From Minisyncoccota bacterium (lineage in GTDB: Bacteria; Patescibacteriota; Minisyncoccia; Phycocordibacterales; UBA6065), in contig DAORIX010000004.1 of assembly GCA_035438745.1 (NCBI GenBank), forward strand, positions 1-53,721: 53,721 bases of DNA. Reading direction: 5' to 3'. The notes under the pieces were generated by a model. That model was not told the DNA's origin and did no database searches. It saw nothing but the letters and a program-made list of their open reading frames with translations. Shown piece after piece: positions 1 through 6,615 of this stretch. Position numbers and translations under genes: made by a program. Position 1 is the first letter of the stretch; every line of letters begins with the position of its first letter.

Positions 1-130
1 ACCGAAGGGAGCGTGCGAGGCGCAAGTATCATTCGTCAAAATCCTGCGGATTTTGCCCGAAATACATTCGAACTTCGTCCAATACACACCGCCAACTTAA
101 AATCCCGCCCTTTTGGGCGGTGATTTTGTT

Positions 131-266
131 TGGTGGAGAGGAGCAGGGACGGGTGTGCCTGCGTGGGAGATTCGAAGCCCGGTTGAGTATATTTTATGAG
201 CAAAGCGAAATAAAATATCCAACCGTGGGTACTGGTCCTGTAAGGACCGAATCTCTCACCCTCCGC
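131..266. repeat. Palindromic structured element with inverted tRNA-3'-end-like termini (tRNA-associated REP/MITE-like or att remnant)
   Basis: Left end TGGTGGAGAGG...GGGAGATTCGAA is the reverse complement of a tRNA-like 3' end. Right end CGAATCTCTCACCCTCCGC resembles a tRNA-Ser 3' end. Nested inverted repeats: GAGATTCG/CGAATCTC, CGGTTG/CAACCG, ATATTTTAT/ATAAAATAT, GGTCCT/AGGACC. Confidence 0.5.
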
Positions 267-274
267 GTTGTATC

Positions 275-306
275 AAAAAAGCCTGTCACGCATGGTGACA
301 GGCTTT
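275..306 (-). terminator. Rho-independent terminator of the minus-strand ncRNA
   Basis: AAAAAAGCCTGTCAC-GCATG-GTGACAGGCTTT; U6 tract on the minus strand. Confidence 0.85.
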
Positions 307-307
307 A

Positions 308-510
308 GGTAACAAACCTCAATTCAATCAGCAGAGAGTGGTATTTCACATTGTCGCCTCTTCTTTTTCTAGCGAAAAAGCCTCAACAGCTCCCACGTAT
401 TCTACACATTTGCTTTTCTCTTATTGGTCCAGTTTCGGGCATCGAACCCGACTACTCGTCCAGTTTTTGGCCGAGGTGTCGCCACCATGACAAACCGTTG
501 TTACTTACCC
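308..510 (-). ncRNA. Candidate ~200-nt structured RNA: tRNA-like domain fused to a 23S rRNA L1-stalk (H76-H78) homolog
   Basis: Minus strand contains UGUGUAGAAUACGUGGGAGCUGUUGAGGCUUUUUC-GCUA-GAAAAAGAAGAGGCGACAAUGUGAAAUACCACUCU, which aligns by eye with E. coli 23S ~2109-2181. An upstream cloverleaf has a UUCGAUG loop and ends in ACCA. The 5' GUAACAA pairs with the 3' UUGUUAC. Flanked by a promoter and a terminator. Confidence 0.75.
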
Positions 511-517
511 AAATGAG

Positions 518-545
518 ATACTAGTTTATTTTAATCTTAAGTCAA
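518..545 (-). promoter_or_regulatory. Sigma70 promoter for the ncRNA
   Basis: TTGACT (545-540), 16 bp, TAGTAT (523-518); predicted TSS ~510. Confidence 0.7.
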
Positions 546-555
546 GGACTATTTT

Positions 556-585
556 TTGACCCTTGCTTGTAAAGGTTTGTATAAT
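556..585 (+). promoter_or_regulatory. Divergent sigma70-like promoter with no plus-strand gene downstream
   Basis: TTGACC (556-561), 18 bp, TATAAT (580-585). Confidence 0.45.
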
Positions 586-601
586 TAATTTCCAATACAA
601 T

Positions 602-636
602 AAAAAATGCCAACGAGGGTTCGTCGTTGGCATTTT
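602..636 (-). terminator. Terminator of the 654-998 gene
   Basis: AAAATGCCAACGA...TCGTTGGCATTTT 13-bp stem, U-tract on the minus strand. Confidence 0.8.
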
Positions 637-653
637 GGGGTAGGGTTCAGACG

Positions 654-998
654 CTATAGTTTCAAAATCCTGCGTTCTGCACGAGACAGTTTTGCAAGGG
701 CTTTTTCCTTTACCTTTACGAGTTCAGATTCATCACTGAAGATGGTTACGGGTTCTACTTCTGTGATGTTGTACCCCACAGTTCCATCAGTGAGAACTAG
801 TATCTTTTTTGTGTGGTGCCAGTCTGCACCTGTCTGAACTCCTGCAAACGCTTGTGCGACATCTTGATTCTTGAAGACTCCAATTGATTCTGATTTCCGT
901 CCATCATCATCAACACGATACACTTCGGTCATCTCGATAATCCTGAATCCTTTGAGGTCTTTGTCGACTAATTTTTTAATTTCGGCATATTTAGCCAT
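654..998 (-). CDS. Hypothetical protein (114 aa), phage/accessory-like, C-terminal ALAKLSxxERxxL motif
   Basis: ORF with AAGGAG SD (1010-1005) before ATG at 998, own promoter TAGACT-17-TAGTAT (1063-1035) and own terminator. Confidence 0.75.
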   Translation of the reverse strand: MAKYAEIKKLVDKDLKGFRIIEMTEVYRVDDDGRKSESIGVFKNQDVAQAFAGVQTGADWHHTKKILVLTDGTVGYNITEVEPVTIFSDESELVKVKEKALAKLSRAERRILKL

Positions 999-1076
999 GT
1001 GCATCTCCTTGGTTTGATTTTGCTTTCTGGGGAGATACTACCTGAGACAGGGAAACAAGTCTAGATTTTTTATTTC

Positions 1077-1442
1077 TTACTCTCCCAACTCACATCCTGT
1101 TATTTCTGCGAGACCTTTGAGACCTTGTTCTCCGGTAAATTTATTTCCTTGAGCATCTATCCATGTAGGGTAACCCTCAATTCCTTTTTCGAGACAGATT
1201 TGTTGATTTTCCGGACATTCAACGTAAGGAACGTGCTTGAAAGCATCACCGAAATGTGATTTTTCATTTTGGCAGTGTGAGCACCATGAGGCTCCATACA
1301 TTGTCATGTTTTTTGATGCGAGGCATTGTGCAAAAGCAACAATGTTTTCTCTTGGAGCTTCTCCTGCTTGTTTCTTTGAGGTGAGGTAGAGGCCTCCGAG
1401 TATGAGAGCGATGAGGAGGGTATAAGAAATTATTTTTTTCAT
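1077..1442 (-). CDS. Membrane-anchored thioredoxin-fold protein (VKOR-associated Trx-like)
   Basis: N-terminal TM segment; GASWCSHC; YVECPE...CLEKGIEGYPTW. Confidence 0.85.
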   Translation of the reverse strand: MKKIISYTLLIALILGGLYLTSKKQAGEAPRENIVAFAQCLASKNMTMYGASWCSHCQNEKSHFGDAFKHVPYVECPENQQICLEKGIEGYPTWIDAQGNKFTGEQGLKGLAEITGCELGE

Positions 1443-1445
1443 AGG

Positions 1446-1946
1446 TTATTCTTTACAACAATTTACAAGATTTTTCATAATGTCGTCATAGGTCATAGGT
1501 TTTTCGCTTTCCATGGTTTTGATTACATCAGGACCACTTACAATTTTTAGCCTCAGTGCGAAAAAGAGATTGAATGTTTTGTATGCAAAAGCAAACATCT
1601 CCTGGGAGTCTTTTTTCTTTCCATCCGATTGGAGCTTGGTACCCACTTCCATGAGTCGCATGGTTGTAGAGAGGAGGTGTTTTGAAATGCACCAGCTTTC
1701 ACCTTCAGTTTTAGGTATCATGCGCGCAAGGAGAGTTTTTCGCATCTCTCTGATTTCGTGTACGAGATCGTAGTATTCTGTTTTGTCTGTTTTTGCACCG
1801 GTAAAGAAAAAGTGCTCTTCGAGACTGATGAGATTCATGACGGCAATCGCCAAATCTTCTTCGGTTGAGAGGTCAACACCGCTTTTTTTTGCTTGTTCAA
1901 CTTTTTTTGTGAGCTCCTCAATGCTCATGATGTTTTTGTTGATCAT
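1446..1946 (-). CDS. Conserved hypothetical helical protein with WCISKH and C-terminal CC motifs
   Basis: Long ORF tightly packed (3-4 nt gaps) in an operon between ccdA-like and trx-like genes. Confidence 0.8.
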   Translation of the reverse strand: MINKNIMSIEELTKKVEQAKKSGVDLSTEEDLAIAVMNLISLEEHFFFTGAKTDKTEYYDLVHEIREMRKTLLARMIPKTEGESWCISKHLLSTTMRLMEVGTKLQSDGKKKDSQEMFAFAYKTFNLFFALRLKIVSGPDVIKTMESEKPMTYDDIMKNLVNCCKE

Positions 1947-1950
1947 GGTC

Positions 1951-2646
1951 TTATACTACTAGTAAGAACAAACCTACTGCAAGTAGTGCGATATTGAGGA
2001 ATACTCGTGATTTTTTGGTTTCGAGACGACGTAGGGCGTCTACTTTTGTGAGAACTGTTTTGTTTGTTGAGATGAGTAGTATGACAATGAGGGGCAAAAC
2101 AAAAATAATATTGTATATCACGAGGTAGGCGAACCCTGTCCAGAATGTCGTTTGGTCGTGGAGAAGTGACAGTACAAAGAGGTATGGTCCTCCGGTGCAC
2201 GGGAATTCAAAAAGTCCTACGAGAATACCGAGAACGAACGCTGTCGGTATGGTGGCCTTGTGGAGAGTTTTCCCGAGAGTCTCATGGCTTTTTGCGGGGA
2301 TCTTGAGCTTGATGGGAAAATTCGGGAAAAATTCGTTAATGATTCCGATTGTGCTGTATGCAACAAGTATCCACGCCCCAACAACCCCAATAACATTTGG
2401 TATAGAAAAGAAAGAAAGTACTTTGAGTATTCCGACACCAATAAGGGTGTAGACGAGCGCGATTCCAAAAATGTAGAGACCCCCTGCGGTGAGAATGAAT
2501 TTTCTGTCTTTACCGAGAGACATGAGAAAGGCGATAGACAAAAAGAGTATAGAAAAAGCACATGGGTTCAGGCTGTCAGCGATTGCTGCGCCTGCGATGA
2601 CGGGTAGGAACCAGTTTCCTGCGGTCTCAATAAGGTGTGTTTCCAT
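1951..2646 (-). CDS. Cytochrome c biogenesis CcdA/DsbD-type transmembrane electron transporter
   Basis: Six TM segments; DSLNPCAF and FPCTGGPY redox Cys motifs. Confidence 0.85.
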   Translation of the reverse strand: METHLIETAGNWFLPVIAGAAIADSLNPCAFSILFLSIAFLMSLGKDRKFILTAGGLYIFGIALVYTLIGVGILKVLSFFSIPNVIGVVGAWILVAYSTIGIINEFFPNFPIKLKIPAKSHETLGKTLHKATIPTAFVLGILVGLFEFPCTGGPYLFVLSLLHDQTTFWTGFAYLVIYNIIFVLPLIVILLISTNKTVLTKVDALRRLETKKSRVFLNIALLAVGLFLLVV

Positions 2647-2703
2647 GGATGTTATAGTAGCACTTTATCTATGAGATGCTATCTGAACTATCGAGGCGCG
2701 ATT

Positions 2704-3180
2704 TTAGTTGAGTATCCAAATACTGTAATTCAAATATCCCGCAAAGCTTACCCAGAGAATGTAGGGCACAAGGAGGTATGCTGATGTTTTTGAGAGTGGC
2801 CAGAATTTTTTTATGGTCAAAAAGAGCACGAGCCAGAGTACTACTATTTCTGCAAATGCTAATCCCGGATTGCGTGCTCCAAAAAAGAGGAGGGACCAGA
2901 GTAGATTGAGTATGAGTTGAGCGCCATACAAAGAGAGAGCGATGCGTACGTCGCGCCTCTCATATCCTTTTTGGAAAATGAGAAAAGAGGCGATACCCAT
3001 GAGAATAAAGAGTAATGTCCATACGGGGCCAAAAACCCAGTTTGGCGGAGCGAGCTCCGGTCTGGTGAGTGTTGCATACCATGTGGGTATAGATGCGCTT
3101 GTGAAAAGGGCGCCGGTGAGTCCTATGATTTGGGGAATGAGAAGTGCTCCCGCAAGGGTCAAAATGTTCTTTGTTTTCAT
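2704..3180 (-). CDS. tspO: TspO/MBR tryptophan-rich sensory protein
   Basis: WYATLTRPELAPPNWVFGPVW; LLVPYILWVSFAGYLN. Confidence 0.93.
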   Translation of the reverse strand: MKTKNILTLAGALLIPQIIGLTGALFTSASIPTWYATLTRPELAPPNWVFGPVWTLLFILMGIASFLIFQKGYERRDVRIALSLYGAQLILNLLWSLLFFGARNPGLAFAEIVVLWLVLFLTIKKFWPLSKTSAYLLVPYILWVSFAGYLNYSIWILN

Positions 3181-3233
3181 GATACTATGAAGTGTAACGT
3201 AGATTATTTTTTTATCATAATCTTAAAAAACAT

Positions 3234-3626
3234 ATGAAAGGATATATATCAAATATAGAAAAGAGCACGCTCGAGAATTCTCACTTTAGAAAGGTGCTTT
3301 ATACCACAACACAGAGCCAGCTCGTGCTCATGTCGCTTTTGCCGGGCGAAGAGATTGGGGAGGAGATACATGATGTTGATCAGTTTTTGCGTATCGAGCA
3401 GGGTACAGGCATGGCAGTACTTGATGACGTTCCTCATCCTATCGAAGACGGTAGTGCTATCGTGGTACCAATTGGTACAAAGCATAATGTGGTGAATACA
3501 GGAAAGGATTCAATGAAGCTCTATAGTTTGTATATGCCACCACACCATAAGGACGGCACCGTACACGAGACAAAGGCTCAGGCCGAATCAGATGACGAGC
3601 ATTTTGATGGTGTAACGTCGGCGTAG
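3234..3626 (+). CDS. Cupin domain protein
   Basis: EIGEEIHDVDQFLRIEQG...VPIGTKHNVVN cupin motifs. Confidence 0.9.
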   Translation: MKGYISNIEKSTLENSHFRKVLYTTTQSQLVLMSLLPGEEIGEEIHDVDQFLRIEQGTGMAVLDDVPHPIEDGSAIVVPIGTKHNVVNTGKDSMKLYSLYMPPHHKDGTVHETKAQAESDDEHFDGVTSA

Positions 3627-3709
3627 TCTTTTTAGTTGTAAAGTAGAGAGAGAAGCAGTAATGTGTGGAGTATATCTTTAGGTAGTAGTTTAATTTTTAA
3701 AAAACAAAT

Positions 3710-4261
3710 ATGAAAAAATGGATTGTAATAATCGGAATTGTAGTGGTGTTGGTGCTTTGGGGTATGAGCTCATATAACACGCTCGTTTCTTTGAACGAGT
3801 CAGTTGATGGTCAGTGGGCGCAAGTCGAAACTCAGTATCAAAGACGCTTTGATCTCATTCCAAATCTCGTTGAGTCTGTAAAGGGTGTGATGGCTCAGGA
3901 GGTTGAGATTTTCACAGCGATCGCAGAAGCCCGAACTCGCTACTCAGGAGCAATGACTGTTGATGAAAAAGCGCAAGCAGCAGGACAGGTTGAGAGCGCT
4001 CTCGGACGCTTGCTCGTTATTACTGAAAATTATCCGCAATTGAAATCATCAGACGCTGTACAGACACTTATGGTTCAAATAGAGGGAACAGAAAACCGTG
4101 TGAGCGTTGAGCGTGGTCGCTTTAACGAATTTGTAAGACAGTACAATGTGCTTACAAAACGTGTTCCTGGAGTGATTGTGGCAAAACTATTTGGTTTTGG
4201 TGAGCGCGAATACTTTGAAAGCGCAGAAGGATCAGAAGAGGCTCCAAAGGTTTCATTCTAA
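3710..4261 (+). CDS. lemA: LemA family protein
   Basis: N-terminal TM segment; QYQRRFDLIPNLV; ENYPQLKS; GTENRVSVERGRFN. Confidence 0.95.
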   Translation: MKKWIVIIGIVVVLVLWGMSSYNTLVSLNESVDGQWAQVETQYQRRFDLIPNLVESVKGVMAQEVEIFTAIAEARTRYSGAMTVDEKAQAAGQVESALGRLLVITENYPQLKSSDAVQTLMVQIEGTENRVSVERGRFNEFVRQYNVLTKRVPGVIVAKLFGFGEREYFESAEGSEEAPKVSF

Positions 4262-4273
4262 CGAACGTTCACT

Positions 4274-5128
4274 ATGAAGTGGTTACTCTCTTTTGTGGCG
4301 ATATGGTGCGCACCTCTCTTTGTGTACGCATATACAAGTCCCGGTACTCCTACAGGGTTTGTTAATGATTTCAGTGGGTTGCTACAAGTAGAAGAGAGAT
4401 CATCTCTCGAGGCAACGCTCAGTACCTTTGAAAAGGAAACAGGCAACGAAATCACTGTTGTTACCATAGAGAGTCTCGGAGACGAAACGGTTGAGACGTA
4501 TGCGGTAAAACTTTTTGAGGAATGGAAAATAGGAAAAGAAAAGTACGATAACGGCATTCTTTTTCTCATTGTTCCGACGGAGCGTCAGATGAGGCTTGAG
4601 GTTGGGTACGGTCTTGAGGGTGCTCTGCCGGACGCTCTCACATCTCAGATTATGAGGACTATTACCACTCCGGATTTCCAGAAGGGTGACTATGCGGGAG
4701 GTATAGCGCGCACTGTTGATGCTCTCATGTCCGCGACTCGTGGTGAGTATCAGGTTACGGAACAAAAGGAGTCTCGAGGTTTTCCGCTGGAGTTTTTCTT
4801 TTTTCTTTTTTTCATACTACCGACATGGCTTGGTAGTATACTCGGTCGTTCGAAATCATGGTGGGCGGGAGGTGTAATCGGAGGTATTGCGGGAATTATT
4901 CTCTCTGTTGTTTTTGGTTTTTTCTATATCGGTATCGCGTCTCTCGTTGTACTCATTCCTCTGGGATTGTTTTTTGATTACATAGTTTCTCGTTCGTATA
5001 GCAAGGCGCTCGCTTCGGGACTTCACGCGCCATGGTGGACAGGTGGAGGCAAGGGAGGTATGGGAGGAGGCTTTGGTGGATTTGGAGGCGGAGGATCAGG
5101 TGGAGGAGGTTCATCAGGACGATGGTAA
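4274..5128 (+). CDS. TPM domain (YgcG-like) membrane protein with Gly-rich tail
   Basis: VNDFSGLL; DNGILFLI...RLEVGYGLEGALPD; GGFGGFGGGGSGGGG; follows lemA. Confidence 0.92.
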   Translation: MKWLLSFVAIWCAPLFVYAYTSPGTPTGFVNDFSGLLQVEERSSLEATLSTFEKETGNEITVVTIESLGDETVETYAVKLFEEWKIGKEKYDNGILFLIVPTERQMRLEVGYGLEGALPDALTSQIMRTITTPDFQKGDYAGGIARTVDALMSATRGEYQVTEQKESRGFPLEFFFFLFFILPTWLGSILGRSKSWWAGGVIGGIAGIILSVVFGFFYIGIASLVVLIPLGLFFDYIVSRSYSKALASGLHAPWWTGGGKGGMGGGFGGFGGGGSGGGGSSGRW

Positions 5129-5132
5129 TTCT

Positions 5133-6251
5133 ATGAGACCAGAAAAAGCACGTACGTGGGTGGAGATAGATACTGAGGCGTTGAAACACAATTTCAATAT
5201 GCTTTCGCGCGGACTTGCTCCTCATGTTTTGAAAATGTCTGTGGTTAAATCAAATGCATATGGCCATGGCATGGTCTCGTGTGCTCGTGTCTTTCGCGAC
5301 GCTGGAACAGATTTTTTTGCAGTCGATTCTTTTGAGGAAGCTCTCGAGCTTCGTGAAGGTGGACTCGCGCAACCTATTTTAGTTTTAGGGTATACACCCG
5401 TGCATTATTTTAATCAGGCATCTCTCCTTGGTATTTCTCTCACCATTTCAAATCGTGAATCCTTGAACGACGCAAGTATTTTGTCTTTGTTCCTCAAGGT
5501 TCATATCAAAATAGACACAGGTCTGCATCGGCAAGGTTTCCAAGAGACAGATCGTGATTTTGTTTTTTCTATTCTCAAGAAATCTCCTCACCTCATGATT
5601 GAGGGTGTCTATACACATCTTGCTGCTGCAGAAACACCACGCTACAAAAAACATACACAGGCTCAGATAACACTCTTTTCTTCGTGGGTTTCTGATTTCA
5701 AAAGCCGAGGATATACTCCACTTGCTCACGTGAGTGCTTCTGCTGCGTCCATGCTCTACAAACACATGCATTTTGATATGGTTCGTTTTGGGATAGCTCT
5801 CTATGGATTGTGGCCTTCACTTGAAACAAAAGCGCGAGCCAGGGGTGTGCGCCTGATACCTGCTCTATCGTGGAAGGCTGTTGTTTCTGAAGTAAAAAAT
5901 GTTCCTCGAGGGGAACCTGTAGGTTATGACCTGACACAAAAAACAAAACGTAATTCGCTTTTGGCTGTTGTTCCGGTGGGGTATTGGCATGGATATCCAC
6001 GCAACCTTTCAAGTGTGGGGGAGGTGCTCATCAAAGGTAAAAAGGCAAAGGTTTTTGGACGTGTGTCTATGGATATGATGGTTGTAGATGTAACTGGTAA
6101 TAAGGGAGTGAGACAAGGGAGTGAGGTGGTACTTATTGGAGGGGTAGGTAAAAAGTCTGTTTCTGCGTATGACGTGGCTACCAAAGCAGATACCATTAAC
6201 TATGAGATAGTGACACGAATAAACCCTTTTATTCCACGGGTGTACTCTTAA
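5133..6251 (+). CDS. alr: Alanine racemase
   Basis: VKSNAYGHG PLP lysine motif; HIKIDTGLHRQG; GRVSMD. Start moved to the ATG at 5133, after the TPM stop. Confidence 0.95.
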   Translation: MRPEKARTWVEIDTEALKHNFNMLSRGLAPHVLKMSVVKSNAYGHGMVSCARVFRDAGTDFFAVDSFEEALELREGGLAQPILVLGYTPVHYFNQASLLGISLTISNRESLNDASILSLFLKVHIKIDTGLHRQGFQETDRDFVFSILKKSPHLMIEGVYTHLAAAETPRYKKHTQAQITLFSSWVSDFKSRGYTPLAHVSASAASMLYKHMHFDMVRFGIALYGLWPSLETKARARGVRLIPALSWKAVVSEVKNVPRGEPVGYDLTQKTKRNSLLAVVPVGYWHGYPRNLSSVGEVLIKGKKAKVFGRVSMDMMVVDVTGNKGVRQGSEVVLIGGVGKKSVSAYDVATKADTINYEIVTRINPFIPRVYS

Positions 6252-6315
6252 AAGGCCGTGTATATTGCTTATTTTATAGGTTGTGCTACTATCTCAAGAC
6301 ATTTAAAAAACACGT

Positions 6316-6471
6316 ATGTCGCAAGATAATTTGGTTATCATAAAGAATAAAGAGACGGGAGAGGTATACTATACTCGCAAAAACAAGCGAAAGGTTGAGC
6401 GCAAACTTGAGCTCAAGAAATACTCAAAGACGTTGAGAAAGCGTGTAGTTTTCAAGGAAGCAAAGAAATAA
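6316..6471 (+). CDS. rpmG: 50S ribosomal protein bL33 (Zn-free type); not in the ORF track
   Basis: Translated manually: MSQDNLVIIKNKETGEVYYTRKNKRKVERKLELKKYSKTLRKRVVFKEAKK. Confidence 0.93.
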   Translation: MSQDNLVIIKNKETGEVYYTRKNKRKVERKLELKKYSKTLRKRVVFKEAKK

Positions 6472-6472
6472 T

Positions 6473-6498
6473 AAAAAACCACCGCAAGGTGGTTTTTT
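6473..6498. terminator. Bidirectional terminator (AAAACCACC family)
   Basis: AAAAAACCACC-GCAA-GGTGGTTTTTT between convergent rpmG and tRNA-Trp. Confidence 0.85.
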
Positions 6499-6506
6499 AT
6501 TTTGTG

Positions 6507-6581
6507 TGGCGGGCCCACCAGGACTTGCACCTGGAACCTCGCGTTTGGAGTGCGATGTTTTACTATTGAAACTATAGGCCC
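6507..6581 (-). tRNA. trnW: tRNA-Trp(CCA)
   Basis: GGGCCUA acceptor; anticodon loop CU-CCA-AA; T arm CCAGG-UGCAAGU-CCUGG; G73; encoded CCA. Confidence 0.92.
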
Positions 6582-6615
6582 TTCTAAGCTACCTGTGTAG
6601 TTGCAGGTTACTCTA

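Noticed and set aside
131-266. Functional tRNA or tmRNA 3' end (CTCCACCA on the minus strand)
   Set aside because: A 23-nt insert separates the T arm from the acceptor, and there is no proper D or anticodon arm or tag region.
120-308. 62-aa ORF
   Set aside because: Overlaps palindromic repeat and terminator DNA; no start signals or recognisable protein features.
308-510. Interpretation as an rRNA operon remnant, an rplK-rplA leader, or 6S RNA
   Set aside because: No other rRNA sequence flanks it and the changes are compensatory. It ends in a terminator with no r-protein gene downstream. It is multibranched rather than the long rod expected for 6S.
607-837. 76-aa plus-strand ORF behind the 556-585 promoter
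   Set aside because: It starts inside a terminator hairpin and is antisense to the better-supported 654-998 gene.
5040-5125. GGAGG/GGTGG tandem repeats
   Set aside because: They simply encode the Gly-rich tail typical of TPM proteins.
5043-5132. Extended N-termini in the ORF track (alr; also miaA, parB, topA, smc, rnr, rpsP, uppP, tlyA)
   Set aside because: The extensions overlap neighbouring genes, tRNAs, promoters or terminators, and family homology starts at the downstream Met.
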